A stretch of 64,000 nucleotides of DNA from an uncultured Bacteroides sp. (GTDB lineage: Bacteria > Bacteroidota > Bacteroidia > Bacteroidales > GCA-2748055): assembly GCA_964575865.1 (NCBI GenBank), contig CAZNSZ010000007.1:18931-82930 (forward strand). Reading direction: 5' to 3'. Within the stretch, counting starts at the first letter, position 1, and the number at the start of each line of letters is the position of its first letter. Below, piece by piece: positions 29,421 through 38,881 of this stretch. The notes under the pieces were generated by a model. The model was not told where the DNA came from. It saw nothing but the letters and a program-made list of their open reading frames with translations, and ran no database searches. Position numbers and translations under genes: made by a program.

Positions 29421-32400
29421 CTACGGGGAATCGAATGAAAACACCCGCACACTGTCCCTGTTGAATCCCGCGATGATCAGCGAAGGCGCTCCGTCGATGC
29501 AGAGCAGCGATTCCACCATTCCCTGGAGGACGATCCCGCTCTCCGGAGGGGGCATCAGGACTGAAAGGGGATCCCCATCGCCGCTGGCCAGCAGGAATCC
29601 CTTGCTGGCATCGTAATACCCTGTGCTGATGTCGTAGGTATGGTCGTTGCCGGCCAGCAGGACATCAGGAAGCCCGTCATGGTTGAAATCCCTGACGATC
29701 ATTTTCTTAACCGGGGAGACCTGGGCCTCCCGGGGCAGGGGTTCCCATTCGAAGTTTCCATCCCTGTTCCAGAGGATCTGGCTCGAAGCGGTGTTGACAT
29801 GGAAGGTATAGTTGACCCTTTTCATCACCGTGGAGTCCATCATATCCTCAATGGTGGCATAACTGAAGGAAGTATAATCGGGATACTTTCTCACAAAATA
29901 CCGCGACTGCCCCGCCAGTTCATCCAGGTAGTTGATGGGATACTCCCGCATGGTGTTGTATTCATCCAGCCAGTATCCGGTTGAGATGGGATCCAGGGTG
30001 CCGTTCAGGTCCAGATCGAGCGCATAGATCCTGAGGGGGTACTGGTCGCTGATGGTAAACCGGTGGTTCTCTCCCAGGTTCCCCAGGATATAGTCGTCAT
30101 CCCCGTCCTGGTCGAAGTCCGCCGCACAGATGGAGTACCAGATCCCGTGCATTTGTTCGACCTCCGGAAATTCCTGGCTGGTGATCCTGTTGCCTCCGTC
30201 ATTTCTGAGCATGCTGATGGAATTCCATTCACGGGTAACGATCAGATCTTCCCACCCATCGGAATCGAAATCGCTCCATACGGCATCTGTGACCATCCCC
30301 AGGTTGAAACGGGTGGCGGACTCCTCCACAAAACGCCCGTTTTCATTGAACAGGATCCAGGAATCGTTGGCGAAAGGGAACATCCCGTGGGCGATCCGCG
30401 CCCCGATGAAGAGGTCCATGTCCCCGTCCCGGTCCATGTCGCAGGGCCTTACCACGGAAGCGGGGAAGGAGCCGACCGGGAGCTGTTCCCGGGTGAAACC
30501 ACCCTTGTTGTTGCGGTACAGGTAATGCATGTACTGGTCTTCGGGATACTCATACCCTCCGGCCAGGGCCACCACATCATTGTCGCCGTCACCGTCCACA
30601 TCCAGGATGGCAAAATCGGCTTCCGTATAAGATTTGTGGCCGCTCAGTCCACGAAATTCCCTTTCGGCATACCGTTCCCCGTTCCAGAGGAGAACGCGGG
30701 TGGGCAACAGGTTTGTCGCTCCAACAATCAGATCCGGGTGGCCGTCCCCGTCCAGGTCCCCCGATTGCATCCGCGGTCCCATCTGTGAGAACTTATGGGG
30801 AATGATGTTCTGTTTGAAATTGTAATCGATCAGGTCCTCTTCCTGGTGAAGGTAGGAAATCACCCCCGGTGCCCTCCTGAAAATGGATGCTGCCCGGCTG
30901 TCCGGGGGGAGAGGCAGTGGTGAGGTGCCTGTTTCTTCGGAGATCTCAACCATCCGGTCAGCTTCGACCGCTGTGATCAGGGTCGTGCGGTTTCCTGAGG
31001 GCCAGGTGATCCTCACAGAATCCACCAGTGTGTTTTCCCCCAGTCCGAAATGGACCACCGGATCCACCGAGGAGATGTACCCGCGGGAAAGGAACTGTTC
31101 ATGGTACTGATGGACCCCTCCGCTCCACAGATCGATCTTTGCCCCGAATGCATATGGATTGGTCTTCTTTCCGTTCAGTTTGATCCTCAAATAATGTCCC
31201 TGGTCCGGATGGTCCTCGATGGACCTGTTCCTGTAGAGGAAGGCCACATCGTTCAGGTTGTTGGTCACATAATCCAGGTCGCCGTCGTTGTCAAGGTCCG
31301 CGAATGCTGCACCGTAGGAGTAGGAGGGGATATACTCGAACCACTCCCCGTCCTGTTTTTTAATGAATTGAAGATTTCCCACATTTTCGTAGGAATGGTT
31401 GGGGACCCTCTGTGCCGGGGCCCTTTCGATCACATGGCGTGCATCTGCCACGCTCCCGTAGACCTCCACCTTGTAGCGGGTCCAGTCCTTGTCGGTCATA
31501 TCCACCGGATAGCCATTGGCGATGATCAGGTCTTTGTCCCCATCGTTGTCATAGTCGGCAAACAGGGGCGACCAGCTCCATTCACTGGCATAGATACCCA
31601 TCATCTGTCCCACCTCGCTGTAAGGGACCATCTCCCCTTCGACAAAACCATTGTGGAGGTGCAGCATATTTCTCAGGAACTGGTGTTCGTACCCGTATTT
31701 GGCGTCGTTGGTATAATAGATATAGCCGAATCCGTTGATGGTCTGTTTTCTCTTATACAGATATTCCGGAAACATATCCAGCGTGTACATGTCCCTGTTG
31801 CCGTCGTTGTTGATATCCGCCATGTCGTTCCCCATGGAGGATTTGGTCTGGTAGGACATATACCTGCTGATCTCGTTCCGGAAGGTGCCGTCTTTCTGAT
31901 TGATATAGAGCAGATCGTTGGATATGAAATCATTGGAAATATAGAGGTCCGGGTAACCGTCCCTGTTCACATCGCCCACTGCCAGCCCGAGACCGAATCC
32001 TTCATAGATAATCCCCGCATCAACCGTGACGTTTGTAAAGGTCCCGTCTCCGTTGTTCCTATACAGGTCATCATTACTGGCTGCAGTGCCGTCGTTGATC
32101 TTTGGCCTGTAGCTGGCAGACAGCCGGTCATTTACAAAGTTGTTGAGCAGGTAGAGGTCCAGGTCCCCGTCCAGGTCGTAGTCCAGAAAAGCCGCATGCA
32201 CGGTAAAGCTCTCATCTGCGATCCCGTACTGACCGGCCTCGTCCACATAGAAGGGTATTCCGTCTTCACCCGCTCCCCGGCAAACAAACAGCCGGTTCCT
32301 GTTCCGCACGCTGTCTTCATAGGCCGTACAGGTGAAGTAGAGGTCTTTCCATCCGTCCTGGTTGATATCCGTGAAGGTCACTCCGCTGTACCATTGCCCG

Positions 32401-32711
32401 TTATCGAGATCCTCGAACCTGTCAGAGATCTCTTCGAACTTGAAACCGCCCTTATTCAGGTAGATCCGGGGAGCGACCTGGTTTGCGGTAAACACCAGGT
32501 CCTGCAATCCGTCGTTATTGAGATCAAACACACCCACCCCTGCCCCGTTGTAGATGTACTCGAAATTGAGGACATGAAGGCTATCAGTCTCCTCCACCCG
32601 GTTGATAAAGGTAATCCCGGTCTGTTCGGGAGTCAGCAACTCAAAGCGGGGCTTCTGCCCGCACGAGGTGAGGAGAGCGGCCACGAGCAATGGGAAGGTG
32701 ATTTTTTGCAT
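29421..32711 (-). CDS. CRTAC1/ASPIC-UnbV type FG-GAP (VCBS) repeat lipoprotein
   Basis: LTSC lipobox; many DxDxDGxxD repeats; SRGYISSVDPVVHFGLG ASPIC-UnbV signature. Confidence 0.88.
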   Translation of the reverse strand: MQKITFPLLVAALLTSCGQKPRFELLTPEQTGITFINRVEETDSLHVLNFEYIYNGAGVGVFDLNNDGLQDLVFTANQVAPRIYLNKGGFKFEEISDRFEDLDNGQWYSGVTFTDINQDGWKDLYFTCTAYEDSVRNRNRLFVCRGAGEDGIPFYVDEAGQYGIADESFTVHAAFLDYDLDGDLDLYLLNNFVNDRLSASYRPKINDGTAASNDDLYRNNGDGTFTNVTVDAGIIYEGFGLGLAVGDVNRDGYPDLYISNDFISNDLLYINQKDGTFRNEISRYMSYQTKSSMGNDMADINNDGNRDMYTLDMFPEYLYKRKQTINGFGYIYYTNDAKYGYEHQFLRNMLHLHNGFVEGEMVPYSEVGQMMGIYASEWSWSPLFADYDNDGDKDLIIANGYPVDMTDKDWTRYKVEVYGSVADARHVIERAPAQRVPNHSYENVGNLQFIKKQDGEWFEYIPSYSYGAAFADLDNDGDLDYVTNNLNDVAFLYRNRSIEDHPDQGHYLRIKLNGKKTNPYAFGAKIDLWSGGVHQYHEQFLSRGYISSVDPVVHFGLGENTLVDSVRITWPSGNRTTLITAVEADRMVEISEETGTSPLPLPPDSRAASIFRRAPGVISYLHQEEDLIDYNFKQNIIPHKFSQMGPRMQSGDLDGDGHPDLIVGATNLLPTRVLLWNGERYAEREFRGLSGHKSYTEADFAILDVDGDGDNDVVALAGGYEYPEDQYMHYLYRNNKGGFTREQLPVGSFPASVVRPCDMDRDGDMDLFIGARIAHGMFPFANDSWILFNENGRFVEESATRFNLGMVTDAVWSDFDSDGWEDLIVTREWNSISMLRNDGGNRITSQEFPEVEQMHGIWYSICAADFDQDGDDDYILGNLGENHRFTISDQYPLRIYALDLDLNGTLDPISTGYWLDEYNTMREYPINYLDELAGQSRYFVRKYPDYTSFSYATIEDMMDSTVMKRVNYTFHVNTASSQILWNRDGNFEWEPLPREAQVSPVKKMIVRDFNHDGLPDVLLAGNDHTYDISTGYYDASKGFLLASGDGDPLSVLMPPPESGIVLQGMVESLLCIDGAPSLIIAGFNRDSVRVFSFDSP

Positions 32712-32732
32712 AGACGATTTGATGTGCCGTTT

Positions 32733-33446
32733 CTAATTATTTTTTACGCACCGGATGCTGAATCCGTTTGTCTTCTCGCTGATATGTCTGATCAGTGTGT
32801 TGTTGTCATGTTGTACGCTTCTGAAGATCACCCGTGCAGGAACCTGATCAGACACATGGTACCAGCTGGCTTCAGTAGCGCTCCACCAGTATCCGGAAGC
32901 CCTCATAAGATTGAAAGTCCCGTTATAACTCCGGTATCCTCCTGGCAGGGCTGTGAAACCAGACGCATTGGTAGCCCCGGTGTTGGGACTTCGCCAGTAT
33001 GAGGTCCCCGTTTCTTTGAGTGCACCCCCGATGTTGTTGTGATCAATCAGATGACCGACCATCTCATTCCACTCTTCATCAGTGGGCACATGCCAGCCTT
33101 CCGGACAGATCTTTTCGGTTTCGACCACGTACCAGTTGTAAAGTGCACCATAGGGTTCACCGTTCAGGGAGTCGTTGTTGTACCAGCAGTAGGCCGGGCT
33201 CTCCAGGTCAGCCCAGGCCCCGTAATCTGTGATCATTTCGATGGGGGTTCCGTCATTCAGCCTGGTGGTCTTCAGGTTCTCGGACATCCAGACCTGATCA
33301 CCGATCCTGACAGTATGGTAAGTGTTCCCGTCGATATCGCCGAGCCGTTCTTTTTGACATCCTCCGGTAAAAACAAATGAAAGGACCAGAAGGGTTGCCA
33401 CCAGGACCTGGTGGGATATGAATGGGATTCTCCGGCGCAATTCCAT
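32733..33446 (-). CDS. Fibrobacter succinogenes major paralogous domain (FISUMP) lipoprotein
   Basis: IGDQVWMSENL, YGALYNW, ICPEGWHVP, GFTALPGGYR, GFSIRCVK. Confidence 0.9.
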   Translation of the reverse strand: MELRRRIPFISHQVLVATLLVLSFVFTGGCQKERLGDIDGNTYHTVRIGDQVWMSENLKTTRLNDGTPIEMITDYGAWADLESPAYCWYNNDSLNGEPYGALYNWYVVETEKICPEGWHVPTDEEWNEMVGHLIDHNNIGGALKETGTSYWRSPNTGATNASGFTALPGGYRSYNGTFNLMRASGYWWSATEASWYHVSDQVPARVIFRSVQHDNNTLIRHISEKTNGFSIRCVKNN

Positions 33447-33467
33447 GTTGTTCGGTTTGTTTTGGGC

Positions 33468-34877
33468 TCAGGACGCTTCCGGCGATGTTCCCAGTGTCCC
33501 GTTGTTGATCCAGAGGGTGATTCTGCTGAGACGGTCAAAGGGGGGATAGGGGTACATCCCCCCGGAAACGAAATCGGTCAATCCGTCTCCGTTGAAATCC
33601 CCCTGGTCCAGAATGATCAGATGGGTGGGATCGTTGGTGACCGGCCGTTTGATGAAGTTCATTTCCCCTGTATTTTCAAGCCAGATGAAACTCTGAGCGG
33701 AGAGATCCTCCCAGAGGTTGAAGGCGCTCACTGCGAACAGGTCCTTGTCACCGTCGTTATCGATATCGGTTGCCTTCAGGCTGTAAGCGCCAACCAGGGT
33801 GGCCACCCTGTGGAATTCAAACACCAGCCCCCCTTTGTTCTCAAGCCACTGGAGCCCGTGCCAGGGCCTTCCCTGTGGCGGTATGTAATCGAAGGCATCG
33901 CCGTTGGCATAGAGGATGTCCACAAGTCCGTCCTGGTTGACGTCGTCCAGGGAGATTCCGCTGGAACCGAAGTCTTCATTATCCGATCCCCACACCAGTT
34001 TCATCCGGAATTCTCCCCGGCCATCATTGATGTAACAATAGATCTCCTCCCACTCCTGGCTCACCAGGGAGAATATATCCAGGTCGCCGTCACCATCAAT
34101 ATCCGTCAGTTCCACATTGATGGGGCCTGAAAGATTCTGCAGCATATGGGTCCGGAACTCCCAGTTTCCCAGGTTTTCCATCCAACGCGTTTCACCGTCA
34201 TCGTACCCGAATTGGGCAACGGCCAGGTCCATGTCCCCGTCACCATCCAGGTCACCTGCCCTGACATCCGACACCCTGGCAATATGAGAGATGATGGTAT
34301 GGGGCCTGAAATTGAATTCCCCGTCATTTTCCAGCACCACGACCGAACCGATCCTGTCGTTGGAGGGATAAAGCAGCCCGAGTACTGCGACCATCAGGTC
34401 CTTGTCCCCGTCCCCCTCGAAGTCGATAGCCTCCACATGGGCCGGGGCAATCAGGCCGGAGGCAAGGATCCGTTCGGTGAAACTGCCGTCCGAAGCCTGC
34501 CGGATCCAGGAGACAAAATTATCCTTGGCATCACATACCAGCACGTCCAGTAGTCCGTCCCCGTCCAGGTCGTCTGCAACGAGATGGGAGATCATCGGGG
34601 GATCTGAGAAAGGAAAACCGACAGAGACCGGGTGCAGGAAGTCCACCTTTTCACCGGAGGGTGCATCGGCCAGTTCCATAGTGGACGGATCCGTATTGGC
34701 CTCAGAGTTACCAAGCTTCCTTTGGAGGACTTCTCCGACGGTCAATCCGCTGTTTGAAGACTGGATCTTTAGAAAAATCCAGGGTAATCCAATGATGATC
34801 AGGAGGATCACCAGGACCATCACCAGGTTCCTCAGGCGTTTCCCCTTTATGTTGGTTGTTTTGCGGTCCGTCGTCAT
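33468..34877 (-). CDS. Membrane-anchored FG-GAP (VCBS) repeat protein
   Basis: N-terminal hydrophobic anchor; about seven DLDGDGxxD-type repeats. Confidence 0.85.
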   Translation of the reverse strand: MTTDRKTTNIKGKRLRNLVMVLVILLIIIGLPWIFLKIQSSNSGLTVGEVLQRKLGNSEANTDPSTMELADAPSGEKVDFLHPVSVGFPFSDPPMISHLVADDLDGDGLLDVLVCDAKDNFVSWIRQASDGSFTERILASGLIAPAHVEAIDFEGDGDKDLMVAVLGLLYPSNDRIGSVVVLENDGEFNFRPHTIISHIARVSDVRAGDLDGDGDMDLAVAQFGYDDGETRWMENLGNWEFRTHMLQNLSGPINVELTDIDGDGDLDIFSLVSQEWEEIYCYINDGRGEFRMKLVWGSDNEDFGSSGISLDDVNQDGLVDILYANGDAFDYIPPQGRPWHGLQWLENKGGLVFEFHRVATLVGAYSLKATDIDNDGDKDLFAVSAFNLWEDLSAQSFIWLENTGEMNFIKRPVTNDPTHLIILDQGDFNGDGLTDFVSGGMYPYPPFDRLSRITLWINNGTLGTSPEAS

Positions 34878-34900
34878 GGCCAAAAAGGTCCAAATGCCTA

Positions 34901-34908
34901 CAAAACTA
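34901..34908 (-). promoter_or_regulatory. -7 promoter box (TAGTTTTG on minus strand) for the FG-GAP gene
   Basis: CAAAACTA on the plus strand, in the divergent AT-rich gap. Confidence 0.6.
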
Positions 34909-34956
34909 AGAATTATTTGCTATTATTGGGTCTCTTAAACGGATCTGAAATCAGTC

Positions 34957-36903
34957 ATGGAGAAAGCCCGAAGAGGAATCATCCATCTGGTCATTATACT
35001 GGCATCTGGTCTTGTTCCTGCAGTTCTGATTCAGTTATCTCAGGGTGAGCCTGTAAACCGGTATTACCATATCAGGAATTTCAGGTACGGGAAAGATCCC
35101 TATGTGATCCGGTGCAACAGGGGGGATACGTTGCATTTCACTTTCTCATCCGACGATACCGGGCACTCTTTCTTCCTGGAAGAGTTTGACGTGGATGTGA
35201 AGGTAAGTCCGGCCAATAACGAGGTACTGGTATTCGGTGTGGAGGATCCTTCCGCCAGGCCATATGTCACTGAAGAGCTGGTGCTGGTGGCGGATTTCCA
35301 GGGGCCTGCCCGGTACCTGGTCTCAAAGAGCCATTACCGGTGCCACGTCTGGTGCGGACCCATGCATGCCTTTGAACAGGGGAAACTGGTGATCATGCCC
35401 AATACCCTGCTGAGCTTCAGCCTGGGAAGCCTGCTGGCGGTGATCGCCCTCTGGGTGTTTTCGTTGTTCAGAGCACCGGTGATCGAGGGCACATCCGGAA
35501 AGGAAGATCCGCGGGGGGCGGACCTGTTTTTAAAGTTCCCCTGGTTCCGGAGAGCAGCGCGTTCCAGGTGGCCCCAGGTAGTGTTGATGATCCTTGCCCT
35601 CTGTCTCATCTATGTGGTCATCATGACCTCCCTGTTCGGGACAAAAATGTCCGGCAGGAATCTCGGTGTCGTCCTGATGTGGATCGTCTGGCTGTTCCTG
35701 CTGATCGTTGTGATGACCCCCCTGGGAGGAAGGGTCTGGTGCACCATTTGTCCGCTCCCGCTCTTCGGGGACTGGATTCAGCGCGGATCCCTGTTCACCC
35801 CGAGGACGGGGAAAACGGGGAATTACAACAACCGTTTTGCAGGGCTGTCCCTAAAATGGCCGTCCGGGATGGATAACAACTGGCTGAGGGTAGTTATATT
35901 CCTATTGCTTGCCACTTTTTCAACCACCCTGGTGGCTTCCCCCAAGGTGTCGGGCTTTGTGCTATTGGCCCTTATCCTGGCGCCGACAGCCATGTCCATG
36001 GTATTTGAATTACGTGCCTTTTGTCGCTATGTCTGTCCCGTACACGCTTTCGTGGGACCGTTTTCCGGAATGAGCGTTGTCGCCCTCAGGAACCGGTCCC
36101 GGGAAGTATGTGAGCAGTGTAAACCACACTATTGCCAGAAGGGAAATGCGAGAGGGTGGGCGTGTCCTTACGGGCTCAATGTGGGGGAGATCAAAGAGAG
36201 CATGGATTGCGGCCTTTGCCTTGAATGCGTGCGCAGCTGCACCTATGAGAATGTTTCGATTTTTGCAAGGCCGTTTGCATCTGAACGGAAGGTGAGGCAT
36301 CCCAGTGACGGATGGCTGGTGATTGCCATTTTCACCATCGCCATTATCTATTCCATTCTCTACCTGGGCCCCTGGCCGGCCGTCCGGGATTATGTGAATA
36401 TCCTCGATAAGAAGAACTGGGACCTGTTCGGCGTATATGCCCTGTTTCTATGGGTGGCCGTGCTGGTGGTTGTTCCCGGGGTCATTTATCTGCTCACACT
36501 GGCAGGCAGGAACTGGTCCGGAATCAACATGAAAACATCCGAAGCATTCCTGGCCAATTCCGGTTCCCTGCTTCCCATGGGATTGTTCATGTGGATGTCC
36601 TTTGTGGTACCGATGCTGTTTGTGAATTTCACCTTCCTTCTGCAATCCCTCTCGGATCCGTTTGGCTGGGGTTGGGATTTTTTCGGCACCGCCAATACTC
36701 CCTGGCACCAGGTGCTTCCGGGTGCGATCCCCTGGATACAGGCTTTCCTGATGCTGATTGGTACGGGATTGAGCCTCAGGAACCTCAGGAGGAACTGGAG
36801 CGGTCAGGGAACAGAGAAAGGACAGTTGATGCGGGCAAGCCTGCCCATGGGGATTTTTATCGCCTCGGTCAGCGCAATGATGATCTTCTTCTTCACCAAT
36901 TAG
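34957..36903 (+). CDS. Cupredoxin (CuA-like) domain fused to a NapH/NosR-like polyferredoxin membrane protein
   Basis: GHSF and CHVWCGPMH; CTICP, CRYVCP, CEQC, ACPYG, CGLCLECVRSC; many TM helices. Confidence 0.78.
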   Translation: MEKARRGIIHLVIILASGLVPAVLIQLSQGEPVNRYYHIRNFRYGKDPYVIRCNRGDTLHFTFSSDDTGHSFFLEEFDVDVKVSPANNEVLVFGVEDPSARPYVTEELVLVADFQGPARYLVSKSHYRCHVWCGPMHAFEQGKLVIMPNTLLSFSLGSLLAVIALWVFSLFRAPVIEGTSGKEDPRGADLFLKFPWFRRAARSRWPQVVLMILALCLIYVVIMTSLFGTKMSGRNLGVVLMWIVWLFLLIVVMTPLGGRVWCTICPLPLFGDWIQRGSLFTPRTGKTGNYNNRFAGLSLKWPSGMDNNWLRVVIFLLLATFSTTLVASPKVSGFVLLALILAPTAMSMVFELRAFCRYVCPVHAFVGPFSGMSVVALRNRSREVCEQCKPHYCQKGNARGWACPYGLNVGEIKESMDCGLCLECVRSCTYENVSIFARPFASERKVRHPSDGWLVIAIFTIAIIYSILYLGPWPAVRDYVNILDKKNWDLFGVYALFLWVAVLVVVPGVIYLLTLAGRNWSGINMKTSEAFLANSGSLLPMGLFMWMSFVVPMLFVNFTFLLQSLSDPFGWGWDFFGTANTPWHQVLPGAIPWIQAFLMLIGTGLSLRNLRRNWSGQGTEKGQLMRASLPMGIFIASVSAMMIFFFTN

Positions 36904-37037
36904 CAGAGGCCGCCGGGATACTGCGGATAACATCTCTTTTGCTGAAAGTCTCCTGACCTGAGAGGGCCGGGAATGTAACCAACGGCATGCATGGCAACGG
37001 CTGCCGGCTATCGACTGCTGTTTAGTGGCTGATCCCG

Positions 37038-37078
37038 AAAAAAATAGAAGAGGCCATCCCGCAGGGGACAGCCTCTTC
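37038..37078 (-). terminator. Intrinsic terminator of the first susC/susD operon
   Basis: GAAGAGGC/GCCTCTTC stem with an inner TCCC/GGGA pair, followed by a T-run on the minus strand, 20 nt after the susD stop. Confidence 0.75.
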
Positions 37079-37098
37079 CGGGTATCAGAGGGTATCTT

Positions 37099-38853
37099 CT
37101 ATCTGTTCTGGATCAGTCTGCCCAGCATCAGGTCGATCTGGCGCTGCGGAACCGGGTAATTCACATCTTCCGGTCCGATGGAGGCGGGTCCGTACAGCAG
37201 GTCACCCCAGGGCATGGTCTTCTCATAGGCCATGATCCTGGAAAGTTCAGACTGGACATCTCCCCAGCGCTGCAGGTCATAATACCGGTGCCCTTCCTGA
37301 CCAAGTTCCAGCTTGCGCTCAAACTTGATGGCAGCCATGGCACTGGCCTGATCCGCAAACTGGCTGGCGGGATAGAGCCCGATCACATAATTGGCCGCCG
37401 GGGTAACCCCGTCATCTTCCATCACGAATCCTGCCGGGTTGGAAGCGCGCTCCCTGAGGGCGTTCACTTCTCCCATTCCCCGGTCATCTGCGCCTGTCAT
37501 GGCTTCACATTCGGCTTTCAGCAGCAATACATCGGCAAAGCGGGCCATTCTGTATCCGTTGGCGGTCCACCCTGAGGTCCAGTTCCCCACTTCGGTGTAG
37601 GTGCCTTCCTGCTCCTTTTTGTACACGGCCTTTTTGGGGCTGTAGGGTCCGGAATAGGTCTGGTCACGAATCCAGTCGGATCCGGTATGGGGGCCCCAGT
37701 CCCAGTAAGGGATCCCGCGGCGTCCCACCGACCAGTCAAGCCTCGGGTCAAGCTGTCCGCCATATTCCGTAAAAGGATCACTGGGAGTAAGTCCCTGGTC
37801 ATTGGTGACCATTTCGTCGTTATAGGAGAAATCCAGGAACGGCAATCCGTCACCATTGGTCCGGAACGAGTTCACGAACTCCTGGGTGGGATTGAAGAAA
37901 CCGCAGCATCCGCCGGGGGAGCCTCCGCCCTTGTAGGGGAAGTTCAGCACTTCTCCCCAGCTGGCATTGCGGGCACCGGAGTTGTCGTTCACCGAATACT
38001 GCACCGTGTAAATGGCTTCGATGAAGTTACGGTTCACAATATTGAAAATCTCCCCGTACTGGGGCGCCAGTCCGATGGGCTCTCCATTGGGTTTCACCCC
38101 TGACTCCTCAATCTCGGTGAGCAGCGCCAGTGCAGTGGAATAATCCCTGTACATCTGCATCTGTGCCTTGGCCAGGAAGAACTGGGCAACGGTTTTATTG
38201 AACCGGCCGATGGCACCCATATTCTGGGCCAGGTTGGTCCCGGCTTCCAGGTCGGCGATGATCATCGGACGTACATCCACATCATTGGTGAGTTCGTCCT
38301 GTACCGTGGTCTCATCCACGTAGGGAACATACATCCCGGTCTCCAGATCGCCCCACATCCTGAATGCTTCGAAATGGTACCATCCGCGAAGCGCCCGGGC
38401 CTGGTTGACAAAACTGTCGTGCTCCTCCTGGGAGATCGTTCCGGCCTCCAGGGCCTGCCCCGCCACCGAAATGGTGGAGTTGCAGCGGGAGATCCCTTCA
38501 TAGCAGGACCGCCATTTCGCGTTCAAATAAGGATTGGTGGCTGTTTCATTGTATCGCTGAATGGGATTGATGTCCGGCTGGTCACCGGTGTCGGTCCCTT
38601 TGTTGGCTTCCATCCCACGGATACTTCCGAATACCCATCCCGTGGTAGAGGCATCCCAGCTGAACTGGCTATCGATCCCGTCGAGAAAGGAATAGGCCCC
38701 GATGAGCAGGGCATCCACCCCTTCATAGGTCGCCAGCACCGCACCGTCCAGCGATCCCTTGGGAGTGATCTCCAGGAACTCCTCACTACAGGCGTTCATC
38801 ATCAGGAGCGCTGCAGTGACGGCTATTACTGTGAAATATTTTGACTTTTTCAT
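37099..38853 (-). CDS. SusD/RagB family lipoprotein
   Basis: MNAC lipobox; ARALRGWYHF, ARFADVLLLKAE, FERKLELGQEGHRYYDLQRWG. Start moved to ATG 38853. Confidence 0.93.
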   Translation of the reverse strand: MKKSKYFTVIAVTAALLMMNACSEEFLEITPKGSLDGAVLATYEGVDALLIGAYSFLDGIDSQFSWDASTTGWVFGSIRGMEANKGTDTGDQPDINPIQRYNETATNPYLNAKWRSCYEGISRCNSTISVAGQALEAGTISQEEHDSFVNQARALRGWYHFEAFRMWGDLETGMYVPYVDETTVQDELTNDVDVRPMIIADLEAGTNLAQNMGAIGRFNKTVAQFFLAKAQMQMYRDYSTALALLTEIEESGVKPNGEPIGLAPQYGEIFNIVNRNFIEAIYTVQYSVNDNSGARNASWGEVLNFPYKGGGSPGGCCGFFNPTQEFVNSFRTNGDGLPFLDFSYNDEMVTNDQGLTPSDPFTEYGGQLDPRLDWSVGRRGIPYWDWGPHTGSDWIRDQTYSGPYSPKKAVYKKEQEGTYTEVGNWTSGWTANGYRMARFADVLLLKAECEAMTGADDRGMGEVNALRERASNPAGFVMEDDGVTPAANYVIGLYPASQFADQASAMAAIKFERKLELGQEGHRYYDLQRWGDVQSELSRIMAYEKTMPWGDLLYGPASIGPEDVNYPVPQRQIDLMLGRLIQNR

Positions 38854-38881
38854 ATTGTATAGAAGTTTTAGCGCGTTGACA

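Noticed and set aside
31050-33002. 650-aa plus-strand ORF and other long antisense ORFs (56280-58262, 47648-49183, 20425-21795, 13886-15214)
   Set aside because: They mirror well-supported genes on the opposite strand, have no recognisable motifs, and are expected in GC-rich coding DNA.
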